DNA of 64,000 nucleotides from an uncultured virus (IMG/VR IMGVR_UViG_3300013112_000606) (lineage: Duplodnaviria; Heunggongvirae; Uroviricota; Caudoviricetes), in the IMG/VR virus record IMGVR_UViG_3300013112_000606; one strand, given 5' to 3'. Below the pieces are notes generated by a model. That model made no database searches and had not been told where the DNA came from. It was given only the letters and a program-made list of their open reading frames with translations. This document shows positions 9,291 through 18,848 of this stretch, piece by piece. Made by a program: the position numbers and the translations under genes. Within the stretch, counting starts at the first letter, position 1. Each line of letters starts with the position of its first letter.

Positions 9291-10157
9291 CTAGTGGTTC
9301 TCCTCGAGGGGGGAGACAGCCAGCTCGGCCAGCTCGAGGATCTGGGGGAGGGGGAGCCGCTCCTTGGTCTTGCCGATGAAGCCGCCCACGTGGACGAACT
9401 CCATGTCGGCGCGGCCGTGGAGCACGGTGAAGTCGACGGCGGGGTGGTTGTCGAAGCGGTACAGGCTCCAGCCGGGGCCCCGGTCGGGGTCGTCGTAGCT
9501 GATGCTCATCCCGATCACCTCGTCGTGCGCCTCCATCCACTCGTCCCGCATGATCTCGGAGGCCGCGGGGTGCGCGTTGGCCAGGTGCACCAGCGTCGGC
9601 AGCCCCTTGACCCGCAGGACCTGTGAGCACCCCTTGAGCTCCGTCAGGTGGGTGTGTACGGTCCTGGCCCACTCGATGTGGTCCTCGGCCACGGTGCGCA
9701 GGATGCGGCAGAAGAACGTGGGGACGGGGGTGTCCCCGGAGAACTCCTCCAGGATGCGCAGCGGCGTGGTCTCGAACGGCGAGATCATGCCGGGGTGGAG
9801 CTTCGGGACCTCGAAGTGCTTGGCCAGCGCTGCGGGGCCCTTGCTGTCGAGGATGGCCACCGCGTCGTACCACGCCAGGCCGGCGAGCGCCTCGGACAGC
9901 CCGAAGTACTCCGCCACCAGGGTCATGGCGCAGGTGGGCGGGTGGTCCGCCGGGAACTGGTGGTGGTCGAAGTTGTGCAGCTCCGGGTGGTGCTGCTCGC
10001 CGACGTCGACCACCCAGACGTCGGGGTCGGCCAGGTCCGCCGGGGTGGGATTCCGGCGGAAGACCTGGGCGGAGGTGGGCTTCTTCTCCGCCAAGATGAG
10101 GCCAACCGCGAGGGCCTCATCCCGGTGAGCACGGCCCGGGTGCGTGATGATCTTCAT
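9291..10157 (-). CDS. MYG1-family metal-dependent nuclease/hydrolase
   Basis: IITHPGRAHRDE, VDVG, FDHHQ and FVHVGGFIG motifs. Confidence 0.85.
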   Translation of the reverse strand: MKIITHPGRAHRDEALAVGLILAEKKPTSAQVFRRNPTPADLADPDVWVVDVGEQHHPELHNFDHHQFPADHPPTCAMTLVAEYFGLSEALAGLAWYDAVAILDSKGPAALAKHFEVPKLHPGMISPFETTPLRILEEFSGDTPVPTFFCRILRTVAEDHIEWARTVHTHLTELKGCSQVLRVKGLPTLVHLANAHPAASEIMRDEWMEAHDEVIGMSISYDDPDRGPGWSLYRFDNHPAVDFTVLHGRADMEFVHVGGFIGKTKERLPLPQILELAELAVSPLEENH

Positions 10158-10263
10158 CGAGATCACCTCCTTTCGAGTCTCTTATGACTGAAGACGGGTG
10201 GCGGCTTTCGATCTGACAGCTAACGATGCCCCGGCCGAAGCCGGGGCGGGCCGCCGGGGCGGC

Positions 10264-10785
10264 CTAGTCGTTGCCGAACTGCTCGTGCTCCTCCATCTGC
10301 GCCTGGAGGGAGCCGATGTCCGCGGAGAGTTCGACGAGCTTCTCCTCGATGGGGGTGAGCGTGTCGGGGTCGTAGCCTCCCGGACGGGGCAGGTCCGAGA
10401 TGGCCGAGTCCACCAGCTCATCGACACGTGCCTTGAGCACGTCCGTCATCTCCTCGATGGTCCGGTGGAGCTCGGCGTTCCCGGTCTGCCGCGCGGTGGT
10501 GAGGCGGTACATCTCCTCCTCGTGGCGGTTGGCCTCCGCCGTCGCCGCCAGATCGTCCTGCGCCTTCTGGGACTCGACGTCCGCGGCGACGTGCGCCTTG
10601 GAGGTCTCCGCCGCCAGGCCGATACCGAAGTCCAGCAGGGTCGTCAGGATCTTGTTGAGCCCCTTGCCGAACCCCACGAGCTCCTCGTGGCGTGCCTGAC
10701 GCTCGGCCGCCAGCTCCTGGGTGTACTTCTCCACGAAGGAGTGGAGATCGTCACGCGAGAGCGTGACTGCGTTGGTGTCTTCCAT
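10264..10785 (-). CDS. hypothetical coiled-coil protein
   Basis: Codon bias, RBS, ATAAG motif upstream. Confidence 0.75.
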   Translation of the reverse strand: MEDTNAVTLSRDDLHSFVEKYTQELAAERQARHEELVGFGKGLNKILTTLLDFGIGLAAETSKAHVAADVESQKAQDDLAATAEANRHEEEMYRLTTARQTGNAELHRTIEEMTDVLKARVDELVDSAISDLPRPGGYDPDTLTPIEEKLVELSADIGSLQAQMEEHEQFGND

Positions 10786-10995
10786 GGGATGTTCCTCCTC
10801 TGGTTGATGGCAGGAGTCCCAGTCCTGCCACAGCTCTTATGCCGATTGGAGGTAACAGACTTGCCTGAAATGGAGACGGGGCGCGGTTGCCCGCGCCCCG
10901 TCTGAGGGGGAGACCCACACAGCCCGGAAGGGCACAGAGGAGGGGAGTCTCCCGACCAATACTCACGCGCTCCTACGCGAGTGTCAACGGATTTA

Positions 10996-11024
10996 TTGAC
11001 AGTGCGACAGACTGTCGCTACCCT
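10996..11024 (+). promoter_or_regulatory. sigma70-type promoter with palindromic operator in the spacer
   Basis: TTGACA-17-TACCCT; the spacer contains GCGACAG-A-CTGTCGC. Confidence 0.65.
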
Positions 11025-11041
11025 GAAGGTAGGAGAAGTCG

Positions 11042-11290
11042 ATGAGTACCGAGACGACCGGGTCGCAGCGAGAGCTGCTCGGCCGGCTGCTGCAGCTGGA
11101 CGAGGAGATCCGCGGCCGTCTCATCTGGAGCCAGGTCCAGGGAGACTCCGACGCCAAGGGTCGGAAGGCCGTGGAGCAACTCCGCGTTCAGCGGCATCGG
11201 CTGGAGAACGAGCTCATGCGTGCACGCCAGGACTCCCCCGTCCCCCTCCCGAGCCGGGAGGGAGACATGGAGTTCCTGCTGACCGCGTGA
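11042..11290 (+). CDS. hypothetical protein
   Basis: RBS AGGAG, promoter upstream. Confidence 0.7.
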   Translation: MSTETTGSQRELLGRLLQLDEEIRGRLIWSQVQGDSDAKGRKAVEQLRVQRHRLENELMRARQDSPVPLPSREGDMEFLLTA

Positions 11291-11297
11291 GCGTGAG

Positions 11298-11465
11298 CTA
11301 GAGGGGCAGCTCCGTCTGGGAGCGCTCCTCCTCGTACCCACACTGCGGGCAGACCAGGATGACCCGCTTGGGGGCCTTGCGGCCCTTCAGGACCATCTCC
11401 TGATCGCAGCTGGGGCACTTGATGCCCACTTCGTCATCAGATCTGTTGACACGTCTCAGCTCCAT
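11298..11465 (-). CDS. small Zn-ribbon protein
   Basis: CPSC...CPQC, RBS GAGGAGG, ATAAG motif at 11487. Confidence 0.7.
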   Translation of the reverse strand: MELRRVNRSDDEVGIKCPSCDQEMVLKGRKAPKRVILVCPQCGYEEERSQTELPL

Positions 11466-11558
11466 CGTGGTATCCTCCTCACTGCTCTTATGCCACAAAG
11501 ACAGCCCCCTTCTTCTGGTATCCGCGTCCTCCACTTCGCGAGGACCCGCGGCCCCCAC

Positions 11559-12662
11559 ATGCGGCTGCTCCGCAGCATCGTCAAGAACGAGCCGTACAAC
11601 GAGCACGTCTTCGCCCCCAGGGCCAACGACGCGCTCCGGATGGGCCTGATCGGCAAGAACGCCATCGGGGTCACGAACCGCTCCCTCACCCGCCACCGGC
11701 GGGTCCAGATGGAGAGCGCCTACATCGGCCGGACGGTCCGGTTGCAGAACCCCGACCTCGTGGTCTTCCACACGCCCACGCAGGACGAGGCGATGGCTCG
11801 CATCGCTGTCGGTGCGCTCCACGGGACGCGCCAGCGGATGATGACGTACAGGTACGACGCCCGCCCGGTCCAGCGTGGAGCCCTCCGGCGCATCGTCCTG
11901 TCCCGCATCAGCATGTGGGTCGTCCCGACGGCCCCGGCCGGCCGTGTCCTCGAGGCCGCTGGCATCGACCGTGAGCGCATCCGGGTGCTCCGGCCCCCCG
12001 TGCGGCGCCCGCGTACTATCGAGAGGGACAAGGCACGCAGGCGCCTGAACATCCCCACGGGGAAGCCCGTGGTGACGGTGTCGTCTCCGTCCCCCGACGA
12101 GGCGGAGCTCCTGGTGCCCACGCTGGAGCTGATGCAGGACTACGAGCAGGGGTACACGCTGGTCGTGTCCGACGCCAACGAGACGGTGCTGACCACGGTG
12201 GCGCCGCTGGTGGCCGCGTCTCAGGGCCAGGCCGTGCTCGTGCAGACCAACGAGCCCGAGCTGACCTCCCTCCAGCCCACGCTGCCCGCCCCCGTCGCCC
12301 TCGACCGCGGCGAGCTGCTGGCGTCAGCATCTGACGCGGCCCTGGTCCTGGACTGGGACCAGTCAGTCCCGCAGACGGCCATCGAGATCGCGATGGGCGG
12401 CCGGGAGATCCTGACGGTTCGGACCGAGGAGAGCGAGGAGGCCACGGGAGGCACGGCCACGTTCATCCAGGCGGACACCCCCGCCCAGGTAGCCTCCTCC
12501 CTGACGTCCTACGCCCCCGACCCGGCCAAGGGCCAGGGAGCCGCGGTCTTCGTGCGCCAGGAGTACGACGAGGACTCGAGGACCAAGGAACACCGCCAGG
12601 TACACCTGGACACCCTCCCCATTCGCGCCCGCCAGCGGGGAGATGCGGTTCCGGCCGCGTAG
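11559..12662 (+). CDS. GT-B (GT4-like) glycosyltransferase, divergent
   Basis: ERIRVL, ARRRLNIP, LASASDA, IEIAMGGREIL resemble the GT4 C-terminal motifs; start codon uncertain. Confidence 0.55.
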   Translation: MRLLRSIVKNEPYNEHVFAPRANDALRMGLIGKNAIGVTNRSLTRHRRVQMESAYIGRTVRLQNPDLVVFHTPTQDEAMARIAVGALHGTRQRMMTYRYDARPVQRGALRRIVLSRISMWVVPTAPAGRVLEAAGIDRERIRVLRPPVRRPRTIERDKARRRLNIPTGKPVVTVSSPSPDEAELLVPTLELMQDYEQGYTLVVSDANETVLTTVAPLVAASQGQAVLVQTNEPELTSLQPTLPAPVALDRGELLASASDAALVLDWDQSVPQTAIEIAMGGREILTVRTEESEEATGGTATFIQADTPAQVASSLTSYAPDPAKGQGAAVFVRQEYDEDSRTKEHRQVHLDTLPIRARQRGDAVPAA

Positions 12663-12669
12663 GAGAGCC

Positions 12670-12948
12670 ATGCCGACCATCCCACCCAGCAACCCCAAGG
12701 TGGCCCCGACGCTGCGGCGGGCCGCACGAGTCGAGCGCTACACGCGCCCGGCCGCGCGAGACAACCGTGACGCGTACCGGCTCATGAAGCACCTCTCCTC
12801 GCTGAAGGAGTACACCAACACCGACCTCCGCAACAGCACCCTGGGCAACCTCATGTTCGAGGTCCTGGAGCACGAGCGCGTCCAGGACACCCAGTGGGCA
12901 CGTACCCTCACCCGGTTCCTGGACACCGGCCTGGAGCCGACCTCGTGA
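12670..12948 (+). CDS. hypothetical protein
   Basis: RBS, codon bias. Confidence 0.7.
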   Translation: MPTIPPSNPKVAPTLRRAARVERYTRPAARDNRDAYRLMKHLSSLKEYTNTDLRNSTLGNLMFEVLEHERVQDTQWARTLTRFLDTGLEPTS

Positions 12949-13235
12949 TCCCGACGGCCACCGTCGTCCCGCTCGTCGACGCCGACGACAAGCAGCTCGC
13001 CACAGAGATCGAGGCACACCTCCAGGGGCTGGACTACCCGTTCGTCCGGTTCGTCTCCGTCTACCCGAAGCCCCACCTGCAGAACGAGAAGCCGACGATG
13101 TCGATCTTCATCGGGACGGACGGCACCCACCGCGACAAGTCCGTAGAGGACGTCGTGCACCTGGCGCTCAAGCAGGAACACATCCATCTGCAGTGCGACT
13201 TCGAGGTGGAAGCAAGGAGAGGACGTGTCCGGTGA
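12945..13235 (+). CDS. hypothetical protein
   Basis: GTGA overlap, codon bias. Confidence 0.7.
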   Translation: MIPTATVVPLVDADDKQLATEIEAHLQGLDYPFVRFVSVYPKPHLQNEKPTMSIFIGTDGTHRDKSVEDVVHLALKQEHIHLQCDFEVEARRGRVR

Positions 13236-13396
13236 AAGTGCGCATGCTCAACGTACCGCAGTGCCCGAGGTGCAAGCGGAAGGACGTGATCGTCCGGCTG
13301 GGGGCTCGGGCGGCACGAGGGACCTCCGGCTACTTCTGCGGAAGGTGCAAGAAGCCGTTCGAGATCCCGTCTCTGGTCATGAAGCCCAAGACGTGA
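13232..13396 (+). CDS. small Zn-ribbon protein
   Basis: CPRC...CGRC, GTGA overlap. Confidence 0.65.
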   Translation: MKVRMLNVPQCPRCKRKDVIVRLGARAARGTSGYFCGRCKKPFEIPSLVMKPKT

Positions 13397-13605
13397 GCCC
13401 CATCGTCAGGGAGCTCCGGCTACTTCGCGACAAGCGCTCCCTGGCGTGCGTGGCGGGCGCTGCCGGGATGAAGCGGCAGCAGCTCCACAACATCGAGTCC
13501 GGCCTCACCCAGAACCCCGGCATCCGTACCGTCAGCCGCATCGCGGCCGCTCTCGGGTACGAGCTCGTGCTGGTCCCACTTGACGACGCTGACGAAACCC
13601 TGTAA
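13393..13605 (+). CDS. XRE-family HTH regulator
   Basis: SLACVAGAAGMKRQQLHNIESG...NPGIRTVSRIAAALG. Confidence 0.85.
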   Translation: MSPIVRELRLLRDKRSLACVAGAAGMKRQQLHNIESGLTQNPGIRTVSRIAAALGYELVLVPLDDADETL

Positions 13606-13635
13606 GTACGTACGTTGTACTCACCTGGAGTCACG

Positions 13636-14355
13636 ATGACTGAAGGCCTCCTTGCCTCAAGGGCTGCCCGCGAGACCCCCGAGCACTTCAAGACCAACAT
13701 CGGGACCTACGTTCACCGCGTATTCGGAGACGGCATCCAGGCCGCGGTGCGTCCGGCGTTCATGACCGTCCTCGGGCAACTGGGGGCGGCGGGGGAGCAC
13801 GCTGTCGTCGAGGGGGAGGAGGAGTTCGCCCTCCACCTGATGACGTTGCCTCAGCTCCAGGCGAAGATCGACCAGCTCATCCTCGACGCCTCCCTCGCCA
13901 TCGACCAGGCCGCCTGCCGGCTGGTGTCGGCGCACAACGGCGGGGACGACTGGGAGCAGGCCCTGCGGGTCGGCCGAAAGATGCTGGGCCGGACAGACCT
14001 CGTGTGGGTCTCCGGGCCCGAGACGGCGCATGAGGTCCTCGACGCTGGGCTCAACCGGCGCGCCGTCGAGACCAAGGCCCTGGTGCCGAAGCTGCAGCCC
14101 GACTTCTCCATGATGGGGAGCCCCTACTACTACAGGCCGGGGATCCCCGAGGACGGGGCCTACGGCTTCAAGGTGAAGGCGGGCAACATCTGGTTCCCGC
14201 ACCCGATGCAGGTCGACCTGGGCCTTCGGGAGGACCCAGAGCTGGGCTCCCCCGACGGCAAGGGCGGACTGCTCCTGTCCCTCCGCTTCCGCCGCGAGGC
14301 CGGGCTCACGCTCCATGGCCCCCGCATGGCCAGGAGGGTCAGCCTTGCCTCTTGA
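13636..14355 (+). CDS. hypothetical protein
   Basis: Codon bias, RBS GGAG. Confidence 0.75.
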   Translation: MTEGLLASRAARETPEHFKTNIGTYVHRVFGDGIQAAVRPAFMTVLGQLGAAGEHAVVEGEEEFALHLMTLPQLQAKIDQLILDASLAIDQAACRLVSAHNGGDDWEQALRVGRKMLGRTDLVWVSGPETAHEVLDAGLNRRAVETKALVPKLQPDFSMMGSPYYYRPGIPEDGAYGFKVKAGNIWFPHPMQVDLGLREDPELGSPDGKGGLLLSLRFRREAGLTLHGPRMARRVSLAS

Positions 14356-14740
14356 CGCCGAACGCTTCTCGCTCCTGCAGAAGCTCCGGCAGGTCCCGCC
14401 GGACAAGCGGACTGCCCGTGAGCAGCAGCTGATCGACGACCTCGAGCACCAGCACGGGGTGAGCAGCATCACGGACGCCATCGAGGCCGGAGGGCACCGC
14501 ACGGCGAAGCCGACGAACGGCTGCCCGAAGTGCGGGAGCGGGAACACGACGGGCCGAACAACGCCCACCGAGCTCAAGAAGTGGTGCCTCGACTGCGGGA
14601 ACAAGTGGTCAGGTGCCGTCGGCGGCACGCTGCGCGGCGCGGCGCAACCCCCCGTGGAGCGCACCCCGGTTCGACGACTGGACTACTTCCCCTCTGGGGG
14701 TGGACGATTCCGACTCGGGCAACCGAGCGAGGAGGAATGA
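14345..14740 (+). CDS. Zn-ribbon protein
   Basis: CPKCGS...CLDCGNKW; TTG start after AGGAGG. Confidence 0.7.
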   Translation: MPLDAERFSLLQKLRQVPPDKRTAREQQLIDDLEHQHGVSSITDAIEAGGHRTAKPTNGCPKCGSGNTTGRTTPTELKKWCLDCGNKWSGAVGGTLRGAAQPPVERTPVRRLDYFPSGGGRFRLGQPSEEE

Positions 14741-15684
14741 CTGTGGATGACCGAAAGACCGTCGAGTTCGACGACGCCCCCGACAGGGAGCAGATCGCGG
14801 ACTACAAGGCGCGCATCGAGGCAGCCCGCCAGCGCACGCAGGTAGGCGGTGCTCCCCCGCTGGATGGCCTGCCCAACATGGTGGAGGCCGCCGAGGAAGC
14901 GCGCTCCCCCCAGCTCCCCGAGCAGGACCGGGCCTACCAGCCCGACGAGCTCCGCACCCTCATCGAGCAGGGGCGGGCCGTGCCCGGCGTCGGGGCCGGT
15001 ATCCCGGCGGCGCAGGAGGCGTCCCTGGGGAAGAAGCCCACCGTGGGCCTCCGACCGGAGACCGTGGAGGGGCTCGAGGCCCTCGAGGCGCAGGCCCAGG
15101 CCGCCCAGGCGGCGCAGTCCCCGGAGCAGACCGGCACCCCCGAGGAGGAGCCCGAGGGGACGCCCTCCGTGGACCCGGAGTTCCTCCAGGCCCTGATGGG
15201 CGGGTACACCGACAAGATGCAGCGCAAGGAGCGCCGCGACGCCATCGAGGCGCGCGTGGGCAAGGTCGACCTCCGCGACTTCCTCTTCGGGTCGGGGGGC
15301 ACCCAGACGGTGCCCATCATCCCCGACGTGTTCGAGGTGGACTACCGGCTCATCAGCGGGCAGGAGGACCTCTTCTCCAAGCGGTTCGCCTGGGAGATGT
15401 GCCAGGAGGCCGGGACGGGGAAGGACAAGGAGACCAGCCAGGCCTTCTACGACACGGTCACCGGCCTGGTGAACGTGGTCCTCTCGGTCCAGGCCATCAA
15501 CACCGAGGACATCCCCGACCACCGGAAGCCGGACGGCTCGGTGGACGAGAAGGTCTTCAGCAAGAAGTTCACGGACTTCTGCACCCGCCCCTTCCTGGTC
15601 CTGCAGGACATGTGGGTGAACTTCTCGTGGTTCAACGAGAGGGTCCGTGACCAGCTCGACGTGGAGTCGTTGGGAAATGGCTGA
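14737..15684 (+). CDS. putative tail assembly chaperone (gpG-like)
   Basis: Ends LGNG-stop over the slippery heptamer G GGA AAT (15672-15678). Confidence 0.6.
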   Translation: MTVDDRKTVEFDDAPDREQIADYKARIEAARQRTQVGGAPPLDGLPNMVEAAEEARSPQLPEQDRAYQPDELRTLIEQGRAVPGVGAGIPAAQEASLGKKPTVGLRPETVEGLEALEAQAQAAQAAQSPEQTGTPEEEPEGTPSVDPEFLQALMGGYTDKMQRKERRDAIEARVGKVDLRDFLFGSGGTQTVPIIPDVFEVDYRLISGQEDLFSKRFAWEMCQEAGTGKDKETSQAFYDTVTGLVNVVLSVQAINTEDIPDHRKPDGSVDEKVFSKKFTDFCTRPFLVLQDMWVNFSWFNERVRDQLDVESLGNG

Positions 15685-16175
15685 ACACCTCCGTCAACTG
15701 GGCGCTGGCGAATGTCTTCTACGACAAGCACGCCGGCATGCCCGAGCCTGGGAGTTGGCAGGAGGTCCTGATGGTGCTGGTCTGGCGCCGGCGGCAGCAA
15801 GCCGCGCAGGCGCAGGCAAGGCTGGCGGCCCAGGCAGTGATGACGCCGGACGACAAGAAGATCGTGCAGGAGGCGCTCGATGACGTGACGCACAGCCTGT
15901 ATCCGTACATGAAGCGGCAGCAGAAGGACCGGGACACCGAGCAGGCCGAGCTGCTCACCAAGTGGGTGGCGCAGGGCCCGGTGGCGATCACGCCGGAGAT
16001 CCCGACGAAGACGGAGATGCAGGCACAGCGGCTCGTCCAGAAGGGGCAGCAGGACCGACACAAGAAGAGCGCGGAGGTCGAGGCCGGGAAGCTGGTCAAG
16101 CTCCGCAAGAAGGCATGGCGCGCAGCAACAGGAGCCCGACCGCTCCGGGTGAAGAGGGCCAAGAGGAGACGATGA
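15678..16175 (+). CDS. -1 frameshift extension (gpT-like) of the 14737 gene
   Basis: The -1 frame is open from the slippery site through the ATG at 15738 to 16175. Confidence 0.6.
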   Translation, partial: WLNTSVNWALANVFYDKHAGMPEPGSWQEVLMVLVWRRRQQAAQAQARLAAQAVMTPDDKKIVQEALDDVTHSLYPYMKRQQKDRDTEQAELLTKWVAQGPVAITPEIPTKTEMQAQRLVQKGQQDRHKKSAEVEAGKLVKLRKKAWRAATGARPLRVKRAKRRR

Positions 16176-16558
16176 TTCGGATCGTACGACTTCAGGACGT
16201 CGTGGACCTCGAGAACGGGGGCGGGGTCAGCTCCGTGATGGTGCTGGCCAACGACAGCGGCCTGTCCGCTGAGATCCCCGTCACCGCCGAGCAGATGGCT
16301 CTCATCGTCCGCCTCGTACAGGCGGAGGACCAGGCCGCGGACCCGCAGCCGGACCCTGAGCCCGAGCAGCCTCGTCTGGCTCCCGGCCAGATCGCGGAGA
16401 CGGTGCTCCCGCCACGGGAGGTCAGCGTGTTCGAGCCCACGGATCCCGATGCGCCAGCCCCCACGCAGCGACTGGACATGCAGTCCGTTCTGGACATGGT
16501 GCAGCCCGACTCCGGGGACGACATCCCTGGTGAGTGGGGCGGGGCGGGCCAGCTGTGA
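16172..16558 (+). CDS. hypothetical protein
   Basis: RBS, ATGA overlap. Confidence 0.7.
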   Translation: MIRIVRLQDVVDLENGGGVSSVMVLANDSGLSAEIPVTAEQMALIVRLVQAEDQAADPQPDPEPEQPRLAPGQIAETVLPPREVSVFEPTDPDAPAPTQRLDMQSVLDMVQPDSGDDIPGEWGGAGQL

Positions 16559-17139
16559 CCTACGTCTGCCGCCACTGCCTCGCAGCCGTCTCCATCGTCC
16601 TGGACGGCACCACGTTCAAGCTGTTCGACGACGACGAGCCTGTCTCCTGCCCCTGGTGCGGGGAGGAGGAGGCCATGCGGTACCACCCGATTCTGGGGAA
16701 GGCCGCCCGGCAGGGAGGCCCGTTCCAGCATCAGGTGATGTCGGCCGAGGACTTCTACCGGGCGTGCCGCGGCCTGGGCCTCCCTGGCTCCTACGGGGCG
16801 GACCCTGAGCTGGTCAAGGCCCTGTTCGGGATGGGCCGCGTCTGTGGCCTGAGCATGGAGAAGGTGGGGGAGCCCTCGAAGACCCTGCTGCACTCCATCA
16901 GGGTGGAGACCGCCGACGGGCGGTTCGACCTCCACCTGGGACCCAGCACGCACGGTGCGGTCATCTACCGCATCTCGGAGGTGCAAGATGGACGAACAGC
17001 TGAAGCAACAGCTGAACAGGATCGAGCACAAGCTGGACCTGCTCCTGCATCATCTGCCGGGTACGGCGGTGATGCTCTCTATGCAGGATCCGACGATGCA
17101 CTGCCCGATCTGCCAGAGCCCGATCAAGTACGAACCTGA
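16555..17139 (+). CDS. hypothetical Zn-finger protein
   Basis: CRHC...CPWC. Confidence 0.7.
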   Translation: MTYVCRHCLAAVSIVLDGTTFKLFDDDEPVSCPWCGEEEAMRYHPILGKAARQGGPFQHQVMSAEDFYRACRGLGLPGSYGADPELVKALFGMGRVCGLSMEKVGEPSKTLLHSIRVETADGRFDLHLGPSTHGAVIYRISEVQDGRTAEATAEQDRAQAGPAPASSAGYGGDALYAGSDDALPDLPEPDQVRT

Positions 17140-17290
17140 CCCCTTCGGGGGCGGCGTGTCGCGCAAGTGCGCATGCCACCCAGGGGTCCACGGGGTAGGT
17201 ATCCCCGAAGCACTGGAGGTAGAAGATGGTACTCCCAACCGAGCAGCGCCTGGGACTCAGCGGTCAGGTGGAGGTGACGGCACTGCGTGA
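16988..17290 (+). CDS. hypothetical Cys-rich protein
   Basis: RBS GGAGG; CPIC...CAC. Confidence 0.6.
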   Translation: MDEQLKQQLNRIEHKLDLLLHHLPGTAVMLSMQDPTMHCPICQSPIKYEPDPFGGGVSRKCACHPGVHGVGIPEALEVEDGTPNRAAPGTQRSGGGDGTA

Positions 17291-17489
17291 GGCCCGCCTG
17301 ATGGACATGGAGTTCGTCGAGCAGGGGCAGACCAAGCACCGGATCGTCCTGCAGGTCGGCTCCGAGGCCGGGAAGCGTGCGTTCTTCGTGCTGCCCGAGA
17401 AGCTCGGGACGAACCTGGAGATCTGGCCACTGAGCGACGGCGTGGCCGCCGACATCGCCGACCGCATCGACCGAGGAGAGGGCCCCTGA
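17226..17489 (+). CDS. hypothetical protein
   Basis: RBS GGAGG, codon bias. Confidence 0.65.
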   Translation: MVLPTEQRLGLSGQVEVTALREARLMDMEFVEQGQTKHRIVLQVGSEAGKRAFFVLPEKLGTNLEIWPLSDGVAADIADRIDRGEGP

Positions 17490-17833
17490 TGCTCCCCGAC
17501 CCCCGCACACTCAAGCCCGTCGGTCCCCGCGTCGTCATCGAGGTCGAGGGACGCCCCGGCGTCTCCAAGGGCGGCATCGCCCTGCCCGAGGAGCTGAACA
17601 TCGAGAAGGTCAAGCCGAAGGCCGGCCGGGTCATCGCGGTGGGCACCGGGAAGCAGACCAGCAAGGCGCTCCTCCCGATGCCCGTGGCCGTGGGCGACCG
17701 CGTCGTCTTCGACGCCTTCCTGCGCGAGAACGGCACGCCGCTGGCGACGGTCGACGGCAAGGAGCACTGCCTCCTCAACGCCTTCGACCTCATCGCCATC
17801 ATCGACGACGACGTCGACATCAGCGTGCTCTGA
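17489..17833 (+). CDS. groES: GroES-family co-chaperonin
   Basis: LKPVGPRVVI, SKGGIALP, GRVIAVGTG, VAVGDRVVF. Confidence 0.9.
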   Translation: MLPDPRTLKPVGPRVVIEVEGRPGVSKGGIALPEELNIEKVKPKAGRVIAVGTGKQTSKALLPMPVAVGDRVVFDAFLRENGTPLATVDGKEHCLLNAFDLIAIIDDDVDISVL

Positions 17834-17843
17834 GGAGAACACC

Positions 17844-18179
17844 ATGAAGCACCGACGAATCGACGAGGGGCCGCCCCGCGCGGGCCGCCGGCCGGACGCG
17901 CACCTCAACTTCCCCATCATCATCCACGTGGGCGAGAAGCCCGAGGACACCGTGCTCGAGGTGGACGGCCAGGTCGTCCGCCACGTCAAGCAGGTGGAGC
18001 TCGCCAAGTACGTGCTGACCGACACCCCCCACAAGGTCGTGCAGCGGTTGCTGCTGCGCCTGTGGGACCGGGACGACCAGGGTGTGCGGGCCGAGCTGGT
18101 GGACCGCCTCCACGAGATGACCGACCACAACCCCGACTTCGAGCTCGACTTCGACATCGTGCCCTGGGGTGAGGAGTAG
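17844..18179 (+). CDS. hypothetical protein
   Basis: RBS, codon bias. Confidence 0.7.
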   Translation: MKHRRIDEGPPRAGRRPDAHLNFPIIIHVGEKPEDTVLEVDGQVVRHVKQVELAKYVLTDTPHKVVQRLLLRLWDRDDQGVRAELVDRLHEMTDHNPDFELDFDIVPWGEE

Positions 18180-18182
18180 ACC

Positions 18183-18848
18183 ATGGCCTCCATCGCAGAA
18201 CTCAAGACGAAGTTCCGAGACGGGTATTCCTCGGGCGACATCCTGTCGGTGGACCCCGACGAGCTGCGGGCGCGCAGGGAGCGCACCAGCGGGTGCGACT
18301 ACCTGGAGATCTTCCACAAGGCCATCGCGCCCCACATCGCGGGGAAGGCGCAGGTACTGGAGATCGGGCCAGGCCGCGGGTCCTGGACCAAGGCCATGCT
18401 GTCCTTCAACCCCGAGTGCACGGTGCATGCCCTGGACTTCCTGGACCTCACCCAGTTCTTCCCGGAGGACCTGTACGACGGGCGCCTGAAGCTCGTCCGC
18501 ATCCAGGGGAACACCTTCAAGGAGGTCCCGGACGACCACTTCGACTTCTTCTGGTCCTTCGGTGTCCTGTGCCACTGCGAGATGCCGCACGTGCAGCGCA
18601 TCCTGGAGCGGTCGCTGAAGAAGGTGAAGCCCGGGTGCTCTGCCATTCACCAGCACGGCGAGTGGGGGAAGACCGACCGCTACGAGAAGGGGCTCGCCGC
18701 CGGCAAGCCCTGGATCAAGTGGTGGCCACGCAACACCACCGAGAACATGGTGAAGATAGCGAAGGCGGCCGGCTGGGAGGTCGTGGAGCCTGACATGGGG
18801 CTCGTCGCGCGGGACGGGCTCATCCACCTGAGACGCCCCATCGAGTAG
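18183..18848 (+). CDS. class I SAM-dependent methyltransferase
   Basis: VLEIGPGRGSWT; FDFFWSFGVLCH. Confidence 0.85.
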   Translation: MASIAELKTKFRDGYSSGDILSVDPDELRARRERTSGCDYLEIFHKAIAPHIAGKAQVLEIGPGRGSWTKAMLSFNPECTVHALDFLDLTQFFPEDLYDGRLKLVRIQGNTFKEVPDDHFDFFWSFGVLCHCEMPHVQRILERSLKKVKPGCSAIHQHGEWGKTDRYEKGLAAGKPWIKWWPRNTTENMVKIAKAAGWEVVEPDMGLVARDGLIHLRRPIE

